Below are positions 27,102-42,745 of a stretch of DNA of 64,000 bases, piece after piece. This DNA comes from Cycas panzhihuaensis (taxonomy: Eukaryota > Plantae > Cycadophyta). Positions within the stretch are counted from its first letter, which is position 1. The number at the start of each line of letters is the position of its first letter. The position numbers and the translations under genes are program-made. The notes beneath the pieces were generated by a model. The model was given only the letters and a program-made list of their open reading frames with translations. It did no database searches and was not told the origin of the DNA. The DNA is taken from positions 143,909,741 to 143,973,740 of the forward strand of contig CM041465.1 in assembly GCA_023213395.1 (NCBI GenBank). The letters run 5' to 3'.

Positions 27102-27559
27102 ATTGGTATCAGAGCAAAAAATTCCTGCCTATAGAAAGATATTTATTACAATACAATATATTCATATTAACATCAATTCAGTAATCAACTTAACAATATA
27201 TCCTTTGAGTATTCTCTATTTATCAAAAATTTACTTCCTGCTTTTGAGAGTGACTGACCAAGAAATAAACTATACAATATATTCTATATTAAGCGATATA
27301 AATCAAGTTGGGCATAATCCAAGAAATTAATCGTACAATACACATATAAAGTAACAAAAATTAAAGCAATATATATCAAATTGGGCGTAATCAAATTCAT
27401 TGTTGTAAGAAATCAACCATGCATATTAATACACCTTATAATTCATATAATATAAAATAGACAGTTAATGTTGTGAATAAATTCATGCATATTTAATTGG
27501 TAACATTATCGCATACAGATTTGCATAATGGTTATATTCATGACTAGCACGTAGTTTAT

Positions 27560-29897
<2,338 letters not shown>

Positions 29898-30516
29898 TTC
29901 TTAATCAATCTATTGATTAAGTAGCTGCTAAAAATTGTTGGATCATAATCACCATTAAGATATATCAATATTAAGTAGCAGTTAAAAATCATAACCACGG
30001 CCACTAGAGTTCATATATTAATAGTAGTAGCTATCGATGTCATAGCTTTCATTAAGTTAACAAGTTTTTATATATATGCAAAAGCACCCTAATTATTACA
30101 CGTACATATACATATACATATTTAGATTTAAATCAAATATCCCAGATCTTTATTCATAACATCCTTTGTAGCAGTTGTGCTCAGAGTCCCTTAACTATAT
30201 TGTATTTACTCAAAAAGCCATTTAAATATTATATATATTTTATATGAGAAAAATCAATTTATAACATTGATGCTCATACATCACTAGCAAGACAATATAC
30301 TTTAGCATATTTATATTGGTATATATACCACCATTGCCCTCCTTCTTGTGTTATATATTAAATATTTTTTTTTGGTAAGATAAAAGAATTTATAGTGGGT
30401 TTGAACAGGGTCCCACAACCTATTACATCGGGGAGCCTAAAGCTACCATGAGATATTTGACCGTGACAACCCCACGGTCTAGGCCAAAAAGCTATCTGCC
30501 GGGACAAGCCCCACGG

Positions 30517-33500
30517 CTAGCTGTTGCAAATCATATCCTTCTCTATCATAACCCTTAGTTCCCTAGGGAAATCACTCTTCCACACTTGACCTTCCCGATG
30601 ACTAGCCCCCCAATTTGCCAAGAAATCAGCTGGTTTATTTCCTTCTCTGTAAGTATGCCTTATGCGGACTTCAGCCAGTCCCTTCATGAGCTCTTTGGCA
30701 TCATTGAAAAGGGACTGGAATCTCCAGTCTGGGAGGGCCTCACCTTTTAATGTCTTTATCACCACCTCTGAATCCCCCTCTAATACCAGACACTGAAGGT
30801 TTTCTTCAACAGCTAGATCGAGCGCCTTGAACATAGCATGCATTTCTGCATAGTGGTTTGTCTGACATTCATAGTAGTCCGCGAATGCCCAGATGGGGGA
30901 GCCAGTGTTATCCCTACAGATGCCACCACCCCCAGCTTCCCCAGGATTCCCTTTTGCAGCCCCGTCAAAATTAACTTTGCTCCACGTCTCCTCAGGAGGT
31001 TGCCAACTACAATACCTGGGCCTTGCAGCTTCAAAAACAGGAGCTATACCCTATTTTTTAAGTATCCTGCTCTCCTGTACGGAAATACGTTTTTCCTTCA
31101 CATTTCTAACGTTTTCCTTAATATCCGAGGATATTCTGTTAAAGATGGCAATCTGATTCATCTGGTGGTCCTGGAAAATACGTCGATTCCTCTCTTTCCA
31201 TATGTTCCAAGCCACAATTGGGAGCGCAACGTTCCAGATGCAGCTCAGGGTTCTGCTTTTGAAGGGGCTAAGCCAGGGAAGCCATAAGTCAAAAGTCTCT
31301 TTTGAAAAAGTCCAGCATACCTCTAGTTCCCCAAGAACCATTCTCCAAACCTCCCTAGTGTAGGCACACCCAATGAGAATGTGGTCCCTGGATTCTTCCT
31401 CGGAGCAACATAAAATGCATCTGTTTGCCAGCTCAATACCTCTCTTCTTAAGATTATCTAAAGTGAGAATTTTGTTCTTGAGGCAGGTCCACCAAAAAAT
31501 TGCAATCTTGGGAATGATAGGGAGCTTCCAAACCCCTTCAAGGGTTGGATTTCCCTGATCACCTCTGGTTAAACAGAGGAAATGGTAACCTTGTTTTACG
31601 GTGTAGTCCCCAGACGGGCCAAAAGGCCACACAACCGTATCCGGCGAGGTCATTCTGGGAATATAGTTCTTCCGGAGGATCTTTTTTAAACTGTTAAGAC
31701 CCTCTTGCAGTCTTTCACCCTGGATTTCCTCTAGAGGCTTCCATCGCCTGTTTTTACCACTCCCGGTCCAATAATCCTTAACCTGGATGCCATAATGTCT
31801 GACACAAGGCCCCATAATAGGTACCAGGTTGGGATAGTTCTTAAGAGCATTATCACAGCACCAAGCATCATCCCAGAACCTTATGGAGGCACCATCTCCG
31901 AGTCTCCATCTCAGCCCTTCTCTTATAACTCGCCATGCTTTTAGGATGCTTCTCCAGACAGTGGATCCGATCTGCGAGGCATCATTCTCCATAAGGGAGC
32001 CCCCTTGAATATATTTTCTGGCAAGGATCTTCTCCCAAGGTCTCTTACCCCCTTTCAATAGCCGCCACCCCAACTTAGCCCCTAGAGCAGCGTTAAAGGG
32101 GGAAATCCTTCTCAGATTGAGGCCTCCAGCCCATTTCGGGGTGCAGACTTTATTCCAACTCACCAAGTGAATTCTGTCTTTGCTCTCTGTTCCAGACCAA
32201 AGGAATCTTTTCTGGATAGATTCGATAATGTTTGAAATGCCCGTTGGGACTCTGAATATAGACATCCAAAACACTGGAATACTCTGCAGCGTCGATGCGA
32301 CTAGTTGGAGCTTTCCAGCTAGGCTAAGAAGAGCGCCTTTCCATCCCGCCAGCTTCTTTTGCATCCTATCGATTAAGGGATTCCACATGTCCTTGGTCAT
32401 CCTCCCGACGAAGAGCGGTAGCCCAAGGTACATTGAGGGGAGCTTTTTGATACTCATCCCTAGAATTCTACTTATCCTGCCTTGGACTTGGCCCGAGGTA
32501 TTTAAGAAGAAGACATTACTCTTGTTCAAATTTATCTTTTGGTTTGTGGCTTCCTCGAAGTGGCCCAAAATCTCTTTGAATTTGGAGGCTTCGCCTACAG
32601 CAGCCCTCCCTAAGAATATGTTGTCGTCCACGAATTGATGATGGGCCACAGTATCCACCCTAGAAGTCGGCTTTATGCCTTTTATAGTTCCCTCCCTTCT
32701 GGCTGACTCCAATGTCCTGCCCAGGAGCTCGGCCATCGTGATAAACAGAAAAGGAGAGAGAGGGTCACCTTGCCTCAACCCCCTGTATCCCAGAAAAAAC
32801 TTGGAGGAAGAGCCATTTATGATGACAGAGAATTGCGGGTTTCCTATGCATAGTTTTATCCAGGATTGCCAAGTTTCCCCAAAACCAAATGCCCCAAGGC
32901 ATTCCAACAAGCAATCCCAGGAGACCCTATCAAAAGCCTTTGATAGGTCGATCTTGACAAGCATCACCGGATCCTTCCTCTCTGCCGCTGAGTGAAGAGT
33001 TTCATGGACAACAATGTAGCCATCGAAAATTTGCCTGCCCCGAAGGAAGCCATCTTGATTCTGGGAGATAATGTTTGGCATAAATTTCTTCATTCTATTC
33101 CCCAGGACCTTGGTTATGATTTTGTATTTGACATTGCAGAGGCTTATAGGGCGGAAGTCCTCCATCCTGTTAGCCCCTTCTCTTTTTGGGATAAGGACAA
33201 GAAATGTGGTCTGCCATTCCTGCAGAAATCTTTCTGTCCACTTCAAACTCCTTTATTGCTTCCATGAGGTCCCCCTTAATAATATCCCAGAATTCTTGAA
33301 AGAAACCAGGGGGGAAGCCATCAGGGCCAGGCGTTTTATCTTTCTTCATCCCGAAGAGGGCCGTCTTGACCTCCTCCTGAGTGAATGGAACTGTAAGTTG
33401 GGCATTCTGATCTTCATTCACCAAGCAGGGGATATTGTTCAGGAAATCTTTCCTCCTATCTTCGTTCCCGCCTAGCGGTTCCGTGAATAGGTTCTTGAAG

Positions 33501-34714
33501 TAATCGCATGCCATCTCCTTCATATCCTCTTCCGAGTTTACAACAGAACCGTCTTCCTTATGAAGAGACATGATTCTGTTGCTCGCCCTGTGTTTTACAG
33601 TGGTCATGTGAAAAAATCTGGTATTCCTATCACCTTCGGCCAACCAGAGGGCCCTAGATTTCTGCCTCCAATGGATCTCTTCTCTTTTAAGGATTTCCTC
33701 CAAAACCTCTATGAGCTCCTTCTCTACCTTGTCAAGCTCCTCTGATCTGCCCTCCCGCTCAATTCGATCCTCAATGCCTTTCAACTCCTGGATAGCTTTA
33801 TCCTTTTGCTCATTTAGGCTAAGAAAAACTTCCTTGTTCCAAGCCTTTACTTGCTTTTTGACCCAGTCCAGCTTCTTAGAAAATCTATACATGGCGTGAC
33901 CCTTGATATCAGTGCCCCACCATTCCTCGATCTTCCCCCGCAGGTCAGGATGGCATAACCACATTAATTCGAATCTGAAAGGAGGCCCCATGAATTTCCC
34001 CGGATCTGAAAAATTCATTAGGAGGGGCGAGTGATCAGAGCTGATCCTTGGCAGAGCTTCTAGGGCAAAGTCAGGGAAGCATCGCATCCAATCATAGTTA
34101 ACCAACACCCTGTCCAACTTAATTTGAATAAGACCGTCTCCCAACCTCTTATTTGACCAGGTGAAGGACGCCCCCCTGAGAAAGACGTCTTCCAGCCCCC
34201 CCTACTGTAAAAAGTCACCAAACTCCGCCATACTCGAAGTCCAACCCTCCGCGCCTCCCCTCTTGTCGCCAGGGGAAAGAGCCAAGTTGAAGTCCCCTGC
34301 CAGCAGCCACGGGAGTCTGCAGTCCTTGTGGACCTTGATCAGTTTCTCCCAAAGCCTCTTCCTGGCTGTTTGAAGAGTTGGGGCATAAACATTAGTGGCG
34401 ATCCACGAGATGTTATTACTCTTGTTCGTTAACCGAACCGAGATGAAGAACTCCTCCACCAAAAAAATTTCACCCGACCAGATAGAAGGGTTCCAGAGCA
34501 CCATTAGGCCCCCCACCCCTTGGCTATAGTCTCTCTCAACGCCTTCCGCTTGCTTCCATATTTTACTTCTAATCTTTGGGCCATTCTCCTTGCATAACTT
34601 AGTTTCTTGCAGGAATACTAGATCCAATTGGTGTCTGATTCTCATGTCCCTCATGATTCTTTGCTTCGAGGGGGCATTCAGTCTCCTGATATTCCATGTC
34701 ACGAATTTCATCAT
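30517..34714 (-). pseudogene. LINE ORF2: AP endonuclease, reverse transcriptase, zf-RVT and RNase H
   Basis: TWNIRRLN, LQETK, GDFN, LDRVL, SDHSP (EN); PGPDGF, FRPISLCN, DLSKAFDRV, GLRQGDPLSP, QFVDD, YLGLPL (RT); C..C...E..DH (zf-RVT); KVNFDGA..GNPG, LEGDS, HTYREGNKPADFLA (RH); stops at 34202-34204 and 31051-31053, one frameshift near 33220. Confidence 0.95.
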
Positions 34715-36077
34715 TTCTTTCTGAGTTTCCAAACCTCTGCAGTATCCCCTTTTGGGGGGTCTCTGCCTGCTGTACTAGATCGGAGAGTAGGTCCTTCGAG
34801 GAAAGCTTCCTTAAGGGTTTTCTGGGTGCCTAGGTCTACCTGGGCAGCTGAGTCTTTTTCTCTTTGAAGCCTAGAAGGAGGTCTACCAACCCTCTTTTCG
34901 GTCCCCACATCAAGCAGCTTCTTCTGAACCGGAAGCGATAGTGAATCGGGGGCCTCCCTCCCTAGTTCTACAGGCACCTCCAAGCTGTCAAGTCCCTGAT
35001 TCCCTTTCACCTCCAAGGGCAAAACTTCCGCCAACTCAGATAATTTATCCTCCTCAACCTTCTGCCTTGGTGGTTCAAATTGGCCGGTGTGGACCGGAGA
35101 ACCTTCCCCGGAGAGGGAAGGACCCCCCACTCCCTCCGCGCCCACCGAAACCATCTGAGGCACAGGGACCTGGGTAACTTGTTCATCTTCCTCCAACAGC
35201 GTGTCCTCCTCATCTGGGTCAAAACCCAAGTTCAGGGAGGAGGCTACCACGGTTTCCAAAGGTGCTGGGCGCTCAACATCATCCCCAGTCCCTTTTGGGG
35301 TTGACTCAAGTGGGTCTTCCTCTTTGTCCTCCTTTGAGGGTTGCACTCCCGGGCACTTTTGGGGCAGATGCCCCAAAACTCTGCATGTTGAACATCTAAA
35401 GTGGTCCAATTAAGAGACCAACTACAGGCCCAACTCTCGTCTGGCAGATCCATCCAAATATCATCCAGAAGCGGCTTGTCTAATCTTGTCAGGGCACAAA
35501 TTCTGGCGTTGATGAGCCTACTCCTGTTCTTCGTCGCGGAGTCGACTGCAAGTAAGGGGCCCACCAATTTCGCTATGCCTCTAAAGATCTCAGGGTTCCA
35601 ATGGTGAAGGGGGAGTCCTGGAAGTTGGATCCAAATGGGAGCTTGTCAGATTTTAGGGCTCGAGGGATCAAAACCCCTATGCCATTTCTCAAGAGGGAGG
35701 GCCTTCCGTCCAAACATCCAAGGGGCCCTAAGCAAAATGCTAGACATGTCTTCAAAAGAGGCAAATTTAAAAAGAACACAGCCCTTGGGCATGGCTATTG
35801 CCTCCACAATGTTCCTAGTTTTCCATTTAGTCTTAGTCCATGTCCTTATGGCTTCCAACCCTGGTCTGGGGCCTGAGAATCTGCCCACCAGGCAATTCTC
35901 CCATAATTTTTCGCTTTTCAACCAGTATAGGGGATCTTGATCGGCTTTGTTGTCCTTGAACACAGGTGTAAGGTCAAAGGTTTCCTCATCGTTTGATTTC
36001 AAAACATCCCAGTAAGTTTTCCCCACAAACGAGTTTGGGGTCTGGTTCTGATATTGAGGAATATGATCTATTTCCAT
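34711..36077 (-). pseudogene. LINE ORF1 (DUF4283-type RRM region plus CCHC zinc knuckle)
   Basis: ENCLVGRF..PWMFG..LEKW..GFDP, PIWIQLPGLPLHHW, ARICA, CSTCRVLGHLPQKC; one stop at 35646-35648 and a frameshift near 35420. Confidence 0.92.
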
Positions 36078-37038
36078 TTATTAAAAAATCAGAGACAAGA
36101 CAGGGAGCTCCATGCAAAGGTAAAAGCGTACCATTTCAGCTTCAAAACTGCACACAGAGGAATCTGCAACCAGAGCGCATGCAGTAAGCCCAAGCTCCCC
36201 TCTGAGGATCAAAACTCCACGGGTGAGACTGCTGTAATAGCTGAACGCGTAAAGAGTAGGGCCGCGCCCTTCTTCTGGCTGCCTCCCCTCCGTTTGCCCT
36301 ACAAAATCCCCCCAGCGCTCCACGTACTGGAAACCTGACTAGTGAGAATGAGGTCCAAGCGACCTCAGGCTATCAACGGGTCTGCCACGCTTTACTAAAA
36401 CGCATTCGGCGTTAGCATCTGAGAGGGACTCTGAACCCTGCGTGTACACCCTTGCTGGATGCCAGTCTAGCGTCTCCAAGTTTGGAAGAAAAGGGACCTT
36501 GCTCACTGCAAGCATCCACCTATCAACTCTGACCAGACGCCTCAGGGGACGCCATGGCATCCACGACCCGGAGGCAACTTCTCCCGTCTTCAGGCTCTTC
36601 AAACCCTAGAACAAATCGCCCCGATCAACCTGCTCCAGTCGCTTCCAGGTTTATCTCTGATCTTGAAGCAATTCAAAGTAGTCAGTTGACATCTTATGTT
36701 GATAGAAAAGGAGCTTACTATTTTTCATATTATTCTAAGAAGAGATGGCTTATTGATTCATCCAATGTTCTTTAAACTTATGTTACGAAAGCCAAATTAT
36801 TATAAGGTCTAAAGTATAATACAAATTAGAATATCATCTAATTAAAAAGGGAAGTCTATTTTCCATTCCACATAAGACTACAATGATTAATTCCAAGTTG
36901 TTCTCATATTATTGTCTTCTCGTCTCCTATAACTACAAGACTAATCACTAGCCTATTTAGTTCTATAACATTTTCTACATATACCATCCCTATCATCTTG
37001 TATAATGTTAATAAGATACTAAAAAGTAAGGCAAAGAA

Positions 37039-38745
37039 ATGGGAGTATTATTTCAAGGAATAAAATTTATGCTAGTAGGATTTAATTGTACAACACAAGA
37101 TGAATATGCAATAGAGCTGGAGTACAATGGAGCATATAATGTGGAACAATATGATGCAAGTTGTACTTATGTCATTATTTATCAATTATCATATTATAAT
37201 CCTATTTGTGTTATGGCTAGGAAGAATGGTAAGGTGTTTATTACACACTTATGGATTGTAGATAGTTTGGCCACTAGAATACTTGCAGATACTGATAAGA
37301 TATTATATAAACCTATAAGAAATATGATGGGTATTCCAGTTAGTGCATCCTTATGTATTTGGTTAGTCAAGTATCAAGGTCAAGATCATTTTGATATTAT
37401 GAATATGGTTGAAATAATAAGAGCATGATTTATAAAACCATTAATTGCAAGTGAAGTAACACATCTCATTTATTACAAACATGAAGGCAATAAGTACAAG
37501 GTCACTAAACAAATGAGAATAAAATTAGTCAATCATCATTTACTTGAAGACTATTTAAAGGCTTGGGCATTACTTCCTGAATAAAATTACTTAAATAGTG
37601 GATGGGAAGTGGAACTATTGGAAGAAAAGGTTGAGCTACCTCTATTAACAACACACAATCAAGATACATATAGTTATTTGACTAGTTTATATGGACCTCT
37701 TTAGGTGCCAAATTCTAAATTATTTTCATATTCTACATCAGACAAATTAGTTTTTACAAATAAGCAATTGCGAAAGATAAAAGTTTCACCCAAAGAACAT
37801 GTACAAGCAAGGATTTATAGAAAATTAGAAAGAAATGAAAAGTTTTCAAATTCAGAAAGTAGAGATAAACATAAAGAATCTTCTCTAATATTAGTAAACC
37901 TTAATGATGCTTACTTATTAGCATTAAACAAGAAATTAAGTGAACAAGTAAAAAGATTACAGGAGTTACATCCAGAGAATTCATCTCATCATGAAAGACA
38001 TATGGATAAATCTGTCAACAATGCAAATGAGGGTGATACATCTATATTAAAAGCCATGGAAATATAAGATTATGCAATACTACAAGAAAAAGAGCCTATA
38101 AATCAAATCATAATCTCAACACATGATTTGAGCATACAAGAAGAAGAAAATAATATACTACAAGAAAATAAGAACAACTCATTAATAGTCGACAAGGACA
38201 AAATATTAGTGTCATTCCTGAAAGAAAATATAACAATTTATAAAAATATCAAGTATATACCAAAATTGTCACTAATACTAGTGGTGATATCTATATTTCT
38301 TAATCAATTGAAGAAGGAACAACTAGTACCAATAACATCTCTTGTTCAATCTAAATAAAAGTCATTGATACTGACAATAACTAGCTTACCGTTTAATCAG
38401 ACAAATAATATGAGTCAAACAATTACATCATATATACATAAGGATTTCCCAGTACCAGCAATAACCATTTCACCTCTTAATAAATTTGAGAAGTTCTCAA
38501 GCATTCATATAAAATTGTATATTCTAAGACAATACTATATATGTCAATAGATTAAAATCAAAATTGAATGGAAGATACCTTGGAAACAATGTTCATCCTA
38601 TTGGCAAAAACATATACGAATTCAACATTTTTGTAATCAACATCTACTAAAGTATTTTCATTAGCCCATAGGCACACCAACTTATTCAAGCTTGTCATTA
38701 TATGCATATTCATTATTGTTTGAAGTTCTAGTAAATACAACTTGA
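37039..38745 (+). pseudogene. Intronless tandem-BRCT protein (N-terminus homologous to Arabidopsis At4g02110-type BRCT protein) fused to an unrecognised C-terminal tail; in-frame stops only
   Basis: FQGIKFMLVGF..SCTYVII..YYNPICVMARKNGKVFITHLWIVDS..ILYKPIRNMMGIP..LCIWLVKYQGQDHFDIMNMVE..FIKPLIASEVTHLIYYKHEGNKY..IKLVNHHLLEDYLKAWALLPE*NY..SGWE matches recalled YSGVKFALVGF..YDDPICVAARNSGK..LYRPLRDLNGIPG..CLTGYQGHDREDIM..FSKPLVANRVTHLICYKFEGEKY..IKLVNHRWLEDCLKNWKLLPE; ORFs 37039, 37705, 38128 and 38365 share one frame. Confidence 0.88.
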
Positions 38746-38928
38746 TGATATATGTCAGATGATTATGATATTCTTTTATCAGTAAGAGGAGACATCAAGC
38801 TAATTGTTATCAAGTTTCAAAGAAGAAACATTTTAAGAAGAAGCTTTTGTTATGAACCACATTGAATGAAGTGATTAACTAATCATTCAAATTTATTTCA
38901 TGGGAAAAACATATTAAGGGGGAGGAAT

Positions 38929-39183
38929 TATTATGAACCTTCTTAAGGTTAATTAAGCAAATATTCATGAAGGCATGTTTCTCGAATAGTTACAACTTTC
39001 AAGATTAAAAGGGGCCTATTATATACCTATAAATATGGCTTTATTGTATTATTAGACATCACATATTTTTTTCAATCAATTTATATGGTCATTTGACTAT
39101 TTAATCAATTTCATTACTTTGTCTAGACTTGCTCTTTAGAATCTATCTAGTTTAGGCTTTAGTTACGGCAAAGGTCTGTAACA
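38929..39183 (+). repeat. 3' LTR of the BRCT-carrying element
   Basis: TATTATGAACC...GGTCTGTAACA followed by TSD ACACA. Confidence 0.93.
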
Positions 39184-42100
39184 ACACATGTGTAATAGAA
39201 TCAAACTAAAATCTAATCAAGTACAAGCACTCAAATCAACCAATCTAAATAAAATCCCTCTTTACATTAGGGAGGTGACAAGCAACCTTTCAGTAAGTGG
39301 TAGGACTGCTTAAGGGTCCTTACCCTAAAATAAGCATCTTAGGCTTGCCCTATTACTACCTAAAAAGCCTACCAAAGGATAAAATACTAATGTAGACCTC
39401 TATTCCCACCTAAATAAGAGGAATCTATGTTGTATTAACTATAAAAGCAATAATTAATGAGTGTAAGGACCCATAAGAGATCATACCCTAGATTAACAAT
39501 CCTATCAGGGGTCAATTGTTAAGGACTCCCTCACCCGATGATGATCTATCTATGAGGATGAATGGCCCAAGGATACATGTGTCTAATTCTAATGGGTTCC
39601 CACACTTAGAAGTGAAGGAAGAAAGAAGAAGTCACTCTCAACTTAAAGGAAAGTAGCAAGCCACTTCCTTTAGCATTCAAACATGGCTAGAAAGAAAGTA
39701 ATCTCAAAGGAGGAGTAGTTTATACATTGAGGATGTCATATCTCAATCGATTGAAAACTCCTAATGATAAGAAGTATTTATCTCTAAGAGAGGACAAGCC
39801 TGTAACCCATGGATGCCAAGTCATAAGTGATTAATCAAGTCTTCAACAAAGAGACAAAATTTATTCCTTCACATCTTTTCTAATCTTTTAGGATCTACTT
39901 AGTGGTAAATAAAAGAATATAAGGATATAAGAAACATGCAATCAGAACTTTTTTATTCTAAACCCAAACATTAATTTCCTACCTTTCTTTCATTATAGGT
40001 AACCAAGGGAGAAAGTTCAATCAACAAACCAACAAACAATGCAAGAAATTACTTATTCCTTCTTCTTTTTCTTTTTTTCCTTAGTTTGTAGAGACTTGAA
40101 GATTAAAAAAAGTAATAAAAGACAGGGAATAAAGTGAGTACCTTACAATAAAGCTAAAATGTAATAGTTCTACTATATTTTATTACTTTTTATTTAAGAT
40201 GTACCACATTGATTAAGTAAGAAATAGTATAGATATTAAAATCGTCTATAGCAACTCTAAATATTTAGTCTAGTCAACCTCTAATAAAGTAAGAAAACTA
40301 ACCTCAAAAGTATTATTAAATTCAATATCTTATATATGCATTCTAGCTAGCTTCACATGCCACTTCTAGTTGACTTCCAAGATAAAATTATCACTTATTA
40401 TGTCTATTTTTTGCTGACTTCTATCATGACTAAATGAGCCCTTGTTTAAAGATGAAGTTGGGTAGCTTTAAGGCATCATTCAGGAGTGTTATTAGCTACC
40501 ATAATTTTGGCCTTAAAATTATAATTATTATGGAAGGAACCTTGCCTTGAAGAGGAGAATCACCATAAGCAATATTTCTGTAAGTCATATTTAATATTTG
40601 TTCAATATTATCACATATTTCTAGTATTTAGGAATAATACATCTTGCTTATTTATACCTAAATCTATAGAAGGTATATATATTACATATATTTTCTCTGT
40701 TTTGTCATTTCCTTCCCAAGAAATTTATATATTATTACTACAAGTGGTAGAACTTAGATTAGTTAAAAGTCTCACTAAAAAAATAGTGAACTAGGGCCAG
40801 GGTTAGTCAGAAGTAATCGATGCAAAATTAGAGAAATAAAACATCAATATAGAATTTCTCTCCATGCAAATAGAAATTTGAATAAAATCCTTCCCAGAAA
40901 ATCTAAAGCTCAATAGATCAAAAATGGGTATAGAAGAAAAAGAAGCATCTAGTATAAAAAGTTTAGCAAAATATGGAGATGTAAGAGAAGAACTAGACAA
41001 CCCAGAGAATTAAAAGAGATATAAGGGGATAATATATGAAAGATAAAACCAAAGAAATGAATAATTAGACCATGACCTTAAAGGAACCAAGCTCTCATTA
41101 GAGAAGTTTGATCCAGATGGATCCAAAGATATTAGAAGTTGGTTATTATAAATAGAAACATATTTGTAGGTATATGGATTATCCAATAGAGAAAAAGTAT
41201 TGCCAACATCTCTCCATTTATATGGAAAAGAATTGAAATGATTATGTTGATGAAGGAATACCAACACATGTATCTATGAATTATGGAAATACCTAAAGGC
41301 AAGTCTAATTAGCCAATATAAAGATTCTTAGAACACAGACTATTTTTCTCAATCAATATGATTATAGAAAAATGGGTTAGTACAAGAATATACAAAGTGG
41401 TTCTAGAGTATTCAATGCTTAGTTTTAAAATGAATACTAGTATAATGCATTATGAAAACTTACATCAGTGGTCTAAAGGGACAAATCAAACACTGCATCA
41501 AATCAATGAGTCCCATAAATATCTAGGAAGTGATTAAAATATCTAAAAACATCAAAGTAGATTTAAGGGAAAGTTGACCCACGTATATTCATATGAATGA
41601 GCAAAATACATACCAATCTTAAGGATCAAACCCAAACTATACTAGATCAAGTATAAAAGTAAATCCCTTATTAGTGGTAAAAAGCACAACTAAAACTAGC
41701 AGAACAATAAAAGAGGAACATCTCAAAAAGGGAATATGTTTTAAATATGGCAGGAAATGGAATAGAGAGCACCAATGTCTAGCAAAGAAGGTGTTTATGA
41801 TTAACAACGAGAATATGGAAATCCCAAAAGAAGAAGGGGATGAGTAGAATCAGGAAGAGGAAACCAAGATAGATGAACTTCTAAAAGTAGATACAAAAAA
41901 TGTGCATTTCTCCTTATAAGTTAGTACCAGGAAACACATCACTTCTTAAACCTTTAGATTTCAAGGGATGATCAAAGGAGCCCCTGTGTCAATTCTAGTA
42001 GATGGTGACAACACATATAATTTTATCAACAAGGCCATAGTAGAGAAATTAGGATTAATAATATAGCCATTAAATACTTTTCAAGTTTCCATCATGAATG

Positions 42101-42388
42101 GAAAAACTACTCCTTTTGGAGGATGTTACAAGTTAATAAACCTACATATCAATGATTACTTAGTAATAGCGTGCATGTTTATTATGTCGATAAAAGGAGT
42201 CAATGTAGTTCTAGGAATTCTATCATTATAAACCTTAGGGAATATAGTTACTAACTACATGACTCAATTTGTGTATTTTCATCAAAAGAGAGTGTAAATA
42301 TAGATTACAAGCACCCTTCACACTGCCTATACAATTGATATCATCACACTAAATGGAGAAAATATTAAGGAAAAATCTATTAGTATAT

Positions 42389-42539
42389 ATACTAACATGT
42401 TATAAGATATCAGTAGAAGATATATGACTAGAAGTATAGAAGATAATAGATGAATATAATTTAGTATTTGAAGAGTCATAAGGGATCCCTATAAAATGTG
42501 AGCATAAACATGCCATCAAGTTAGTACCAGGAGTAGATC
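42389..42539 (+). repeat. 151 bp duplication of host chromovirus sequence flanking the copia insertion (second copy 50150-50300)
   Basis: ATACTAACATGTTA...GGAGTAG occurs on both sides of the copia, colinear with scattered transitions. Confidence 0.9.
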
Positions 42540-42745
42540 TATCTCACCCACACTTGATCAGACATATCATATGCAGTTGGGATTTGCTCTAGGTATATGT
42601 CATAGTCCAAAGCATCCCATTGGAAAGATGCAACTAGGATCCTCAAATATATTCACATCACACATTAGTTTAGTCTTGAATATAACCAAACTAACTCTCT
42701 TATCTTGAAGGGACATATATATGTTGATTACGTAGGTTGCTAAGA
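42537..42745 (+). repeat. Inverted copy of the adjacent copia's own RT/RH junction (43558-43761) fused to its LTR end
   Basis: ATCTATCTCACCCACACT...GTTGCTAAGA is the reverse complement of TCCTAGCAAC...AGTGTGGGTGAGATAGAT. Confidence 0.9.

Larger units (their letters stand above)
30365..36650 (-). mobile_element. Near full-length L1-clade LINE with RNase H domain, relatively young
   Basis: A9 tail at 30365-30373; ORF1 and ORF2 with few lesions; sharp GC-rich island; 5' end approximate; no TSD found. Confidence 0.95.

Noticed and set aside
27103-27330. 75 aa ORF beginning at the PBS as a gag remnant
   Set aside because: Non-ATG start, no gag motif, low-complexity AT-rich composition
30340-36720. 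Target-site duplication for the LINE
   Set aside because: No convincing direct repeat found at both ends; 5' boundary left approximate
30838-36775. Plus-strand ORFs overlapping the LINE
   Set aside because: Antisense shadows of GC-rich ORF1/ORF2 with no recognisable motifs
37039-37428. Functional 129 aa cellular BRCT gene or exon of a host gene
   Set aside because: Homology continues in frame past the stop, no introns are evident, and it is enclosed by LTRs with a TSD
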